From NCBI GenBank assembly GCA_020536535.1, contig JAHLWZ010000625.1:20201-84200 (forward strand): a stretch of 64,000 bases of DNA. Direction: 5' to 3'. The stretch comes from Pelomyxa schiedti (lineage: Eukaryota; Protista; Evosea). Below are positions 10,268-21,308 of this stretch, one piece after another. The notes below the pieces were generated by a model that was not told the DNA's origin, ran no database searches, and saw nothing but the letters and a program-made list of their open reading frames with translations. Position 1 is the stretch's first letter. Every line of letters starts with the position of its first letter. The translations under genes and the position numbers were made by a program.

Positions 10268-11174
10268 ATGACCACCACTAGCACAAAACACCCCGAACTC
10301 GCCAAGTTAGAACACGTAAACGTAGATGACTTGATGACACAAGGTCCTGTTGACAAAGACGGTTACCTCAGCAAGGCACAAACAAAACCCAAAACAAACA
10401 CTTATCACCAAGCAAAAACAAGCGTTTTGTATTTTTGTGTAATTCTTTTTTTCCCAGGAAGGTGGCCACTTCAAGTCTTGGAAGAGACGCTGGTGCGTAC
10501 TACGTGGAGCCACAAGTATCTCTTTATTATTCCATTACAATTACTGCTTTTTGTGCTTACATTTCCTTTTTTTTCCCCCTTCCATCCCCAAAGTGTACTA
10601 CTTTGCAGCTCCACATTCATGCACATGCAAGGGAGCTGTTGTTCTTGACCCACACGCGGAGGCTGTTCCCGGAACCCCTTTCCACAAGAGCGATTCCAAA
10701 CACAACTACTTCAGCCTCAAAACTCGGCAGAGGATGCTCTACATGTGCGCCATCTCCCAGGCCGAGATGGACTCGTGGATATCCACCATCAATCTCATTG
10801 CCAAATCGCTCCTCCAGCAAGTACACGACCGGTCCCTCGTGAACACATCCGGCGACTTACCAACCCCACTGACGCTCTCGTCTTCCACCACTCCGGATAT
10901 CAGTAATAGTCATTCCAGCAATAGCACAAGCTGCGGAAATTCCACTGGGAGCTCATCAAGTAACTCCACAGGGAGGTCTTACAGCGTTTCTGTCAATGCT
11001 GCGAATGCAAATGGTTCAAATGGTGCTAGGTCTAATAGCTTTGGTGCAGATGGCCCTGTGGCTGTGATTCCTTCTCTAGTGGCTATGCCCCTTCCTCTCC
11101 ATGTTCCTCAGTCTAGCACTGCAAAGAGCAAGAAAAAAGCCACAGCTAATGAGGGTGATGACCTGGACTTGTAA
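10268..11174 (+). CDS. PH-domain protein with Ser-rich tail
   Basis: Spliced: KDGYLSK|EGGHFKSWKRRWCVL...YYF...RMLYMCAISQAEMDSWISTI. The first intron is GC-AG (10376-10457). Confidence 0.85.
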
Positions 11175-11286
11175 CAACTAGCTAGTTGTAGTGGTTTTAA
11201 TTTTTGAAAAACTGTATTCCATATTCCCAAAAGTTTTTGTTGTAGCATAATTGGTGGTAGGTGTTTTTGGGGGATTCTGACTGTGC

Positions 11287-13460
11287 CTATACGGTCTGGT
11301 CAGCCCGGAACTCACGAATGATGACGGGTACAGAGGTAGGTGGCAGCATTCCAAACTCTGTGATGACCATGGAAATGCTCTCAATTGGTGTCACATCATA
11401 CATTAGGTTGAGTATCTTCAAGTTGTCGGGAAGTGTCTTCGCGGGTGTGAGTAGGGAATGGGCAGGAGGAGGGAAGGGGGATCCTGCTGATGTGGGGGTA
11501 ACTCCTAAGCGCTGTCTTGGTGGGTATTGGGGTTGGAATGGCTGGGCAAATAGATGGGGGTCATCCAGTTGATTTTTGCAGAAACTGTCAAGTAGGACAC
11601 TATCTGAGAATTTGTAGGTCTCACAGCATACAATGAAGGGTACTCGGTAAGCTGTGCAGAGGGAAGCTATCATGGCTGTGCCAACCCTGGACATCAAAGA
11701 ACCGTTACTGTACATGGCAAAGGCACCAACAAGAACCTGTGAATTTTGTGAGAATGCAGCTGACATCCAAAATAAATCGAAGTTTACCTTTGTCACGCCT
11801 CGCATGACATAGGACAACGCACGGGGTAACACGTAGGTGCACTTAAGGCCTTTTACACTCAACTCTCGGGCCATAGTAAGGCCTTCACACAGTGGCCTAC
11901 TATCTACTATGACAACACTAAAGTTCTTTCCTAAGCTGTGCGCAGTAAGTAGAATCCGCTTCACTACATGTGAACTGGCATGTGTGAGAATCACGTCTCC
12001 GTTTGCGATTTTCAATACAGCAGTTGACACAATGTTGTCATCAGCCATCAAAATGCGCTTTTGAATAAAATCGTCTATACACTCAAGAAGGTATTTGCGC
12101 TCCTCTTCCACACTGGCCTAAAAAATGTGTAAATGAGTTTCTCGAGGTAATACGAGTACTTTATCACGAGCCAGCCCAATGTGTCTCTTTAAATATTTGA
12201 TTGCATTTCCCATACTTGCTGATATCTGTTCAGAATTGGATAAGTAAAGTGAAACCCGTTCAAAGGTACTTACAGGACGACAGGAAACCATAAATTTGAC
12301 CATCAATTTTATTCCTGGTTCTAGTTCGCGGGAAAGTGTGGATGAGTGGACTGGTTGTGGGTAGGTTGAAATGACTTTCCGGAATGCTGATAGCATAGCA
12401 AGACAGCGTGCATTGGAGCCGAGAATCTATGTCAAATGAGACACCAAAGGAAATTTAAAATGTGGGGTACCGAAAAATTAGCATACTTCAGTCCAACATC
12501 TATTATCGCAGGAGGAATTGGGGATGTTCCTGAAAAAGGAATGCTGGCAGTAAGAGAACAAGTGTGCTGGTATTGAGGCAAGTGGCTAAACAATGTAACC
12601 TAACAGTGCCAAATTCATCAGGGGAATTTAGAAGGTTTCAAAAGCAACCTGTTCGGCATCCTGCGGAGTTGTTACCTTCTTGTCAGCTGGTTTTTTGGCG
12701 GGTTCGTGCTTTTGCTTTGATGCACTATCCCCGCCACTTTCCACTGCAGGTGATGGTGCCTGAGGAACCTCCTTTCCAGCCCCTTTTTGCTTTGATTGCT
12801 GCTGTCTCTTCTGACCCACTTGTGCACCATCCGGCGATGCTGACTGAGCTGCAGACGCGTCCTGAGCTTGTTGCTGCTGGCGCTGCTGCTGTTGCTTGGG
12901 CTTCGGTTGGGTAACCTTTGGCAACTTTGCCTGCTGTTGCTGTTGCTGCTGCTGCGGGCTCTGTGGAGTCTCCCCATGCTGTTGCCTTTGCTCTGCACCC
13001 TGAGGTTGCCTCGCCTCCGGCGCAACAACAACACAAGCCTCTGCATTTGAGGGTTTTTATTGTTAGTGACATCACTGCAACTGCACAACATTTAAATCGC
13101 AGCCACACACCCAAAACAAGCCGACAAACAAAGCATACCATTCGTAGTCGTAACAGATGGGGCCGAGGAAGCGGCGCCAGTCGCCGCCGCCGCCGCCGCC
13201 GCCGTCGTCGTCGTCGTCGCCGTGGGCTGCGGCGTAGCCGGTGCGCTCGGCGTCGTGGCGGAAGCCGCCGTCGTCGAGGGCGCAGGGGCGGGGGCGGGGC
13301 TCGACGCCGTGGTCGTGGTGGCAGTGGCAGTGGCAGTGGTCGTCGCGGCCGCGGCGGCGCCCGAGTCGGCGGAGGTAGTGGCCGCGGTAGTGGTCGCGGC
13401 GGGCGAGGGCGACAGGGACGGGGACGGCGACTGGGGCGACGGCGACGCCGGCGGGTGCAT
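11287..13460 (-). CDS. EIF2B4: Translation initiation factor eIF2B subunit delta
   Basis: LFSHLPQY, GSNARCLAML, CRPISASMGNAIK, IVDSRPLCEG, NGSLMSRVGTA, CCETYKFS, LNLMYDVTP, ITEFGMLPPTSVPVIIRE; low-complexity N-terminus. Alternative start at 13520. Confidence 0.92.
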
Positions 13461-13692
13461 CGGCTTGGGCAGTTCGGTCCATCCCACCAACGAACTCTTT
13501 CTTTCTCGGTTGCCCTTCATTGTCTTCTACTCGCGGCGGCACAAAGGACCCTGTTCTTCTTGTGTACTTTTTAATGTGGTTTCTTTTTTTTTCCTTCGCG
13601 AATCTAATGGGGGGTGCTGGGGGAAAAAAGGGATTATGAAGAAGAGGCGGTGTAGTATGTTGCAATCATTTAGTTGAGGGTGTTTTTGGGAG

Positions 13693-16260
13693 TTAGGAGG
13701 CCAGCTCTGTGAATTCTTTGGTGAATTTGTGGGGGCAGTGGAGCCAGACTCCAGAGCTGTCATCTCCAGAAGCTAGTATTAATGTACCTGGCCAGTCCTC
13801 ACTCGTAACAGTGACAGAGGTTACAGCATCCTGGTGGCACGAAAGAGAAAATAACAGAGGGTCTCCCTTTCGTAGGTCCCAAATTCTGACCTTGTGTGTG
13901 CACTTAGAGTTGCAAACCACCAATTTTAGTAACTTATTTGCGTACTTTGGTGTCCTCACCACCAGTTACTAGCATGCCGGTACTTGTCCAAAAAGGGTAA
14001 TTAGCTGGACCTTGTGGCAGGGTCTTTTTCCCGTGATCCCGTTGAGTCTTGGAAAATTGCTGTTCAATATCAGCTGGATCCACTTGGAAAAATCACTTTG
14101 GGGGGAAAATTGTACATATACATACAGTGGTGCACAAGTACGGAGAGGGGTTTTGATGGGAAGCGAATGTCGAACACTGGAATTGTATTGTAGGTTTCGC
14201 CTGCTATGGCAAGGAAGGTATCGCAATGGCTAATATGACACACATTCAGCATACTCTGAGTACAGAAAGATTCCTGGGGTACCTGATAGAGATACCATTC
14301 ATCTCTGAATGAGCTGTACGAAGAGATGCCACAGACTCATGAGAGCGAAAGTCATAAACAAGTGCCTGGTGGTCCGCACCTCCAAGGACAAATAGAGGAG
14401 AATATCGAAAACTGCAGACACAGGTGGTAGAACGTTGATCGGGCACATATTGTGCATTTTCGGGTCTGCTGTATGGGAAGTACAGTGCACTTGGTGTTTG
14501 AATCTTAAAAAAACCAGAGTTGGTTCTTGAAATTTACTATGAGGATTTACACAGTCTTTATGAGCAACAATAAGATTCTCTGAGTAGAGTCCATAACCAA
14601 AGGCCATTTCAAAAATCCTTTCCCAGAATTAGTAGTGTAGAGTTTCGTGGCTAGCGCAACTCTTCATGTATATCCTTTTCAGCTTGCGGTTCAGTGCCAT
14701 TATAAATATCCCAAACTGCAACACTACAATAAAATGAGTTCAGCACATGTATTCTTCCTCCCACAAACCGGTCATCGTTTCCCGCAGAAATAAGTAAGTT
14801 TGCTTCTGTGTGGTGGGTCAGGATGCGTGATACGGAGGTTTTGTGCTTCCAAATCCTGTGGTTTGGGGTATCAGGGTCAAACCCTAAAACAGATGGGTGA
14901 CTCCACACATCGGTGATAGGCCACACCTGTGGAGTTCCATTTCAAGGGGAAATAAGGCAATGAGAATTACTTTTATTAAACCATCACTCCCTGCAGTTGC
15001 AACCAGTGAATTATCACAAGTCACACTGACCTCATTTACGGTCTTGCCCCCATGACTTAGGCTCCGATATGTTCCTGTCCACAAGTTGTTCAAAAAAGTA
15101 CTATATAAAGTCCAAGGTACCATCTTTGAAGTCAAATATAAATGCTTCAGTTGGTTGATCAATACCCTCATAAATTGTACCACACCCAACAAGATACAGC
15201 CTAGAAGAATTAAAAAGCAGTACAAGGTGGTTTTTCATACTTGTCAGACGGTTTATTGTACAAAAACTTCAATTCAACAATGGATCCACAGTGAATTTGG
15301 GACAAGCTCATTCTTGGAGTGATTTTTTGGTAAACTTGGCAGTATATGTCATGCTGAAACTGAGGTGTCGGAATTTTCTATTCGAAAAGTAAACTGGAAG
15401 CCAGCAGTACATTGATGAAACGACAATCAATGGGGAAAGAATGTATTTACCCCATACTGTGCAGCGAATAGTGTTTGAGGAGTGGAACTTTGGATAGTTA
15501 TATTATCACAGAGAGAGTGCCTTTTGCATCTATTTGTATGTACCTACTAACCGTTAGTGCCGATAAGAAATGAAAGTGTTACTTGATTATGGAGTTGGAT
15601 GACACTCTTCAACATGAATATCATTTCTTTTGCTTTATCCTGCAGCTCACGATTTAGATAGCAAGCTGCAGAAGGAATTGTCACCTCGTCAAAACAGACG
15701 TTTTCAGCTACTTGATGAACCTTGTGACTCCAGGATGGCTTTGTATGTTTCTCGAATCTCGACTTGAGATATGACGGCGGGGAAGTATCTGGGGTCACTT
15801 TCTTATTCCTAGCAACTGCAACTGGAACTGGAACTGGGGGTTTCCGATGCCGTAGGAGTATGTACGCTGAACTGATGAATTGTCAATTGACCTTTTGTAG
15901 GCACGGGTATCTCGTGTAGTCTTGTCCTTGGTGGATTTGGAGTTACTGGAGCCTGATTTAGACATAACAGCGGAATTTGCACAGGAATCAGTGTTGTGGT
16001 GTACAGCAGAATGCAATGTTTTGGGTCTGTAATTTGGTTGCACTTGTGGTTGAGGGGCCGCAGGGCTTATCAGTGGGTCTTTCTTCGCTATAAGAGCCAG
16101 TACCACCTCACACCTGCCGAGAAAACACATGAGCGAGCAGAAAATTGTGGGAGGCCCCACCAGTGCATCGTAGTGGCAACTTCCACATGTTCTGGTGTAA
16201 AATCAGCAATTGGATACAGAGCATTTTCGTAGTGTTTTGCGTTGTCCCTGTCGGTCATCT
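13693..16260 (-). CDS. WD40-repeat protein, multi-exon; N-terminal part unassigned, start approximate
   Basis: WD repeats: HGGKTVNEVSVTCDNSLVATAGSDGLIK, HKTSVSRIL...LISAGNDD, VTGGEDTKVRIWDLR, HQDAVTSV...ILASGDD. Confidence 0.65.
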
Positions 16261-16646
16261 ATGCCCTGGATTAGCAATACAATTTGGTTTTTTCGTCTGA
16301 AAAACCTAAAGAATTGGCGCTCCGTTGTCTGTGGTGCATCGTGTCTCACCGTTGACACAATTTCCCTGCGTCTACGAAAAATGTCATCAATGAAGGGGGT
16401 AGGACAAGAATTTGGTAAGATCCGTTAACGATTTCTTGTTGACGTTTGTGGTTGGCGGTTCGGGGGTGGCGGTGGTAGGTAGTACTCGCGGATCTCGGAT
16501 CTCACCTCACATCTGACACGTCACGTGACCGTGCTGTTGGAGTTGCGGGGATGTTCTTCCCTTCGGGTGTCCTTTCACTATCAGGCGTGATATGTTATCA
16601 TCGTGTGTTTCTTCCAACCTTTTTCTTTCTTTTTCTTTATTTTATA

Positions 16647-17200
16647 TTAGGCATGTGCCCACAGCGCAGTTGTTTCCGTCGATGACATATCAGTGTACAA
16701 CTCACTCGCTGTAGTATGTATTGATTCTTGTGGTCTTACTGGAGGCTCTCCAATGTAGATTTCCTTACTTTCAGAACCGTTGTACCCGCACAGGTAATAG
16801 TGGCAGTTGCGGCTATGTTTAAACACCATTTCAAAATATGTAGAATGAGCCCCACGCTTGGCATTTTCTTTTTTTTCTTTTCCCCCAGGGTCTGCTGGAA
16901 CTCCCAACCCAAGCAGCTCTCCTGCTAAGTAATTACCGATTCTATCGTTCTTCAAACTAATTGATACCGTAATAGAAGAGGGGGCTGGCCACTTGCCCAA
17001 GGCTTTCGGGTGAGCTGTTGGACCCACTTTCATTTGATTGAGCAGGTTCTAACGTCACCACTTACCCATAAACTAAGTAGCAGCTGAGAAGTTCCGCGGC
17101 AGTCCAAATTGGACCCAAATCCAATGGCGGACTTGTACACAAAGGTTAAAGGGAGAGGGAAACGAAACAAAACAAAACAAAAGTAGCTTCCCCTGAACAA
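16647..17200 (-). CDS. Possible small hypothetical gene or gene remnant
   Basis: ORF 16647-17033 plus plausible upstream GT-AG exons; no motif recognised. Confidence 0.25.
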
Positions 17201-17358
17201 ATCGATAGACCTGGGTGGGAATCCCAAGCAGTTCAGTGGAAAAAGTACAATATATTAACATGTTGGGGAAAAAACAGCAGCTAGAACAAGCTGATGATTC
17301 TTTCTTTTTAATCTTTTTCATTTTTTTTTAAAAAAAAGGCACCCACCACGTTTGTTTG

Positions 17359-18153
17359 TGGTGAGCGCCAGCGAGAGACACTTGAGTGAGTGTGCTCGCC
17401 GTCGTAAGTTGTTTGGCACTTCGGTGAGTGCCTGTTGTGGTTTGTTGGTTGGTTAGAGCTGCCTACTTGGGTAGGTAGGTTTGTGCTCGTAGTTTTTAGT
17501 TGTAGTTGACACTGCAGTGAGTGTCGTTGGTTTTGTTTGCACAGAGCGACATGCAGTTGTGGGAAGAGAGCAAGAAGCCGAATGAAGAGGGCGTCTGTAG
17601 AAAGAGAGCACCGGTTACAGCCGAGAGCGAGTCAGTCGGTGCCGACAAGACCTCTCGATGGCAAGCAAAAAAACACATAACAATAGGGTTGAAAAAAAAA
17701 ACAAGGTTGTGTTTTGTTTTTTTTTTCTTGTTGGTTGGGGGGGGGCCTACTTGGGTAGGTAGGTTTGCCCCTCTTGTTTTTGACGCTTTGGTGAGCGCCG
17801 GTTTTTTGGTTTGGTAGGTTTTGCTCGTTTTCGACACCTCGGTGGGTGTGCTCGTAGTAGTAGTAAGTTGTTGGTCGAGCCGCCCACTTGGGTAGGTAGG
17901 TCTGTGCTCGCCAGTTGTTTGACGCTTTGGTGAGCGCCGGTTTGATTTGAGCCACCTACTGGGGTAGGCAGGCGGCTGCTCGTGGTTTTTCGAGCCGCTT
18001 ACGGGGGTAGGTAGGCGGCTGCTCTTGTTTTTGGTTCGAGCCGCCCACTTGGGTAGGTAGGTTGCTCCAACCAAAACGAGCCGCCTACTGGGGTAGGTAG
18101 GCGGCTGCTCGTGGTTTTTCGAGCCGCCTACGGGGGTAGGTAGGCGGCTGCTC
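17359..18153. repeat. Array of imperfect palindromic (hairpin) repeats of two classes
   Basis: Class A, about 33 bp, GAGCCGCCTAC-NNGG-GTAGGTAGGCGGCTGCTC, at about 17456, 17745, 17877, 17949, 17992, 18038, 18078 and 18121. Class B, G(A/G)C(A/G)C-NNNN-GTG(A/G)G(T/C)G.., at about 17377, 17415, 17508, 17782, 17833 and 17921. Confidence 0.9.
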
Positions 18154-19067
18154 GGGGTTTGTTCAAACAAAACACGACAACAACAAAAAAAAAACCACGG
18201 GGAGGGGAAAAAGCCCAACACGAAATACCTTGCTTCAATACACACCCGACGCGGACGAACGACACATGTGTCTCCCACCAAACACCAACTCCAACGCCCC
18301 CCCGTCCCACACACGCCGCACCGGCTCTTGTTGCATATTGGTCGAGATCTTGATCTTGTCGGTTGTTGTGAGTGTTTGGTTTTTTTATAATATTATGACT
18401 TTTGATTTTTCTTGTGGCTTTTATACAGAAATATCAATTTGACACGTCGATATTTGCGTACAACTGCGATAGAACAAGTCGGAGTAGGGAATAGAAACTC
18501 TTTCTTAAAAAAATTTCCAGATCTGAATGAAAGGAGACGAAAGCCTTGGGCAGACACCGATGGTTCTCTGTTGTTTGGGAGCTCGAAAAAAAGGGTTCTT
18601 TGTGTTGTCCAAGGCAAGGCCTTCGGAATGGATACACTACAAGGGATGGGCGCAATCACATTGCAACCCCTTTCCGATTTATATTGGGATGTGGGATTTT
18701 GTGCCATCCTCGTTGCCCTCCAAAAACATCGACTCTTGAAAGAACATAAATTGAGTCCCTGTCATCGATGGGGAAAAAACAAGAACAACACACGACAAGT
18801 AGTCCTTACTTTGAAAATATGGCACTTGGCAGCCTTTCTCGAGGCGGCACATTTGTTCACACATGCACTCCCAAGTGACTTAACGATCTTAAAGACAACC
18901 AACAGCCGGCGCGAAACACCGGCACCAACAGATTCTGTTCGAGATCTTCAGAACATGTCAACGCGTCCAGCGCGGCCCACCGTAGGGCACGTCTTTTGCC
19001 TTTTATTAAATCAAGTACTCTTCGCAATTCCCGTAACTGAACCGGGAAAAGAAAAGGGCAGAGAGAG

Positions 19068-20089
19068 ATGCGATCGTCAGAGCCGGAGGCGCAGGAGACC
19101 TACATGGACAAGGAGTACTTGGTGTTGGTTGACGAAAATGATAGATCTACGGGTGGATCAGCTTCGAAGCGGGAATATATCCAACCTCTGAATCACTTCC
19201 GTCTATCACTGTTTTCCTTAACCCCAACGCACGCCACTTAGTGAAAACGAGCGGGGAAGTTGGCATATTGCACCGTGCTTTCAGCGTGTTCCTTTTTGAT
19301 TCTCGTATTTGTCATCCCGATCGTTTTTTGCAGGCTTTCTAAACTGTGTGCCAGAGAACCGACTGCTGGTGCAAAAGAGATCATCTGACAAAATTACTTT
19401 TCCGCATCTGTGGGCAAACACTTGTTGTTCTCATCCTCTCACCAATGCTCCAAATGAGACTGAGCCAATTTTGGGTTTGTTCGGCCACCTCAACCCCAAT
19501 TGCGCAAGTAGCAGGTGCCAATTTCACCAAAGGAGTCAAGCGAGCAGCCCAAAGAAAACTTGGCCATGAACTCGGAATCGCGGCCTCGCAGCTTCCTCTT
19601 GACATGTTCCAGGTGGCAACTAAAGTGCACTACTGGGCCAAGTGGAATGAAACATGGGGTGAGAACGAAGGTATGAAGAGTATAACTTACAATGGCTTAA
19701 CTGTTTCCTTTTTATTGGTCAAACAGTGGACACTATCCTCATTTGCCAAGGTAACCAGTTTCGCTCAACATTTCCGCTTATGTATCCATCTTATAGGGAA
19801 TGTGGATATGACGCTGAACCCCAGCGAAGTCTCCGATGTGCAATATGTTACCAGAGAGCAACTTTCCTCTCTTCGCGAATGCACCTGTGTGCCTTTTTCC
19901 TTAATACAAGTGGATTTCCTAACCAAATGAACAGGTTCAGGTTCTTCCTGTACTTGCCAAGGCCAGACCATTTCCTGCTTCTGTCAACTAACACCATGGT
20001 TCGCCCGTATCATTAAAGCCAACCTCCTCTTCAAATGGTGGGACTCACTACACTCCATCACATGTGACAACGAAATCCACAGATTGTAA
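19068..20089 (+). CDS. IDI1: Isopentenyl-diphosphate delta-isomerase, type 1
   Basis: Spliced: LVLVDEND...SKRECHL...[12 protein letters not shown]...[24 protein letters not shown]...[12 protein letters not shown]...WGENEVD...NPSEV...LTPWF...IHRL*. Confidence 0.93.
19177..19232 (+). other. U12-type (minor spliceosome) AT-AC intron in IDI
   Basis: 5' ATATCC, branch site TTCCTTAAC at 19214-19222, 3' AC about 10 nt later. Removal restores GAA T|GC CAC, giving the conserved K-R-E-C-H-L and the frame to HRAFS. Confidence 0.9.
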
Positions 20090-20154
20090 ACAAAACAGCT
20101 TGTACCCAAACTTTTTTTTTACAGAGGTTCTTGTTTTACAAACAAGTGGTACCC

Positions 20155-20974
20155 TCATACCAAAGCAAACACCATTTGGACGTTGACTTCAACACTGAGT
20201 GAGCCTGGAGCAATTGGAGGAGTTGTGATGGAATATGCCGAGCTGTAGTCATACTGCACCTTGGTTGTTGTAGTTGGAGGCTCACTTACAGCCAGGAGAT
20301 TGCCCAGTGTTTTTTTGCTAAGGGTTGCGAGGTTGGCTGCTTTCACTTGAGCATCGGCTACGGCAAGGGCCCTTGCTGCTATCAGAGCCTAGGAAAGAGT
20401 GTAAATTTGGATACCCAAGAAGTAGCAGTGTACCGGTGAGTAGTCTCTCGACTGGAACTGGACTCCTTGAATGCGATTGGCACCGGCAAGTAGCGCAGCT
20501 TGTAGAACTTGTGGAAGCAGGGGAATGGGAGAGGTGACGGTCAGCATGTTAGTCATTTGCCACTATAGAATGTAGGTTTCAGATTACAGAGGGTGGTATT
20601 CCGTACCTCGCTTATAACACCTTCCGAGTTTGTCATGGGATATAAGTTGATGAATGTAGTTTTGAGATCCGAGTTCGGGATGCCTGCATTAAGCACCGCT
20701 TGAATAACAGCCTATAATAATAGAAAAAAGTGGTTATATCGCCAAAAAGCCAAAAAGGGGGAAAAAAAAAGTAAGGATTGCACACCTGAGAAGTCTTCGA
20801 GTTTGTATCCACAACGTCGAAAACACTGGTCCCATTAGTGAAGACACCGATCTCAAAAACGGCAACGTCAACAGTACTGTTGGATATCCCAGTACCAATC
20901 ACCGTGAGTTGGCACCTAGCGAGTGACACAACCAAAGATACAGTAGCCAGAAACACAAGTAACGATGACGACAT
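20155..20974 (-). CDS. SIMPL/DUF541 (BP26/YggE-like) secreted protein
   Basis: Signal peptide, then LTVIGTG...DVAVFEIGV, AGIPNSDLKTT, AVADAQVKAANLA....LG, PIAPGSLSVEVNVQMVF; multi-exon. Confidence 0.8.
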
Positions 20975-21308
20975 GGATTCCCTTCAGGTGTGTGCTGTTG
21001 TTGTTGTAGGTTGCGTGTTGTCTTGGACTCGTCTATTTACTGTGCGCCGAAGACGGTATAAAAGGACCGTGGCACCACGCACGCCATGGGAGCCAAAAAA
21101 TGAAATTATGGGATTCGTCATGGAGTGTGACTTGGCGTCGGGGACTGCACAGTGTTCGGTGTCGTCTTTGAGGTGATCCACTGAGCAACGAAAAAGTCGG
21201 TTCCCAAAAATGGGTGCTGTGTTGGTTGGAATTGAGCAAGTGATTTCTTTTTCCTGAAAGGTACTCCGAATAAAAGAAAACTTAAAAGAAAAAAAGCACA
21301 AACAAACG

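Noticed and set aside
12918-13677. Long overlapping Arg/Gly/Ala-rich ORFs (also 21282-22337, 44189-44911, 62155-62892)
   Set aside because: Antisense or off-frame shadows of GC-rich, low-complexity coding exons.
17456-18153. CRISPR array interpretation of the palindromic repeats
   Set aside because: Spacers are irregular, mostly 10-13 nt, T-rich and partly identical; there are no cas genes; the context is eukaryotic.
17496-19191. ORFs 17496-18314 (-), 18393-18707 (-) and 18412-19191 (+) as an element-encoded protein
   Set aside because: The first is a translation of the repeat array; the others show no transposase, nuclease or other recognisable motif.
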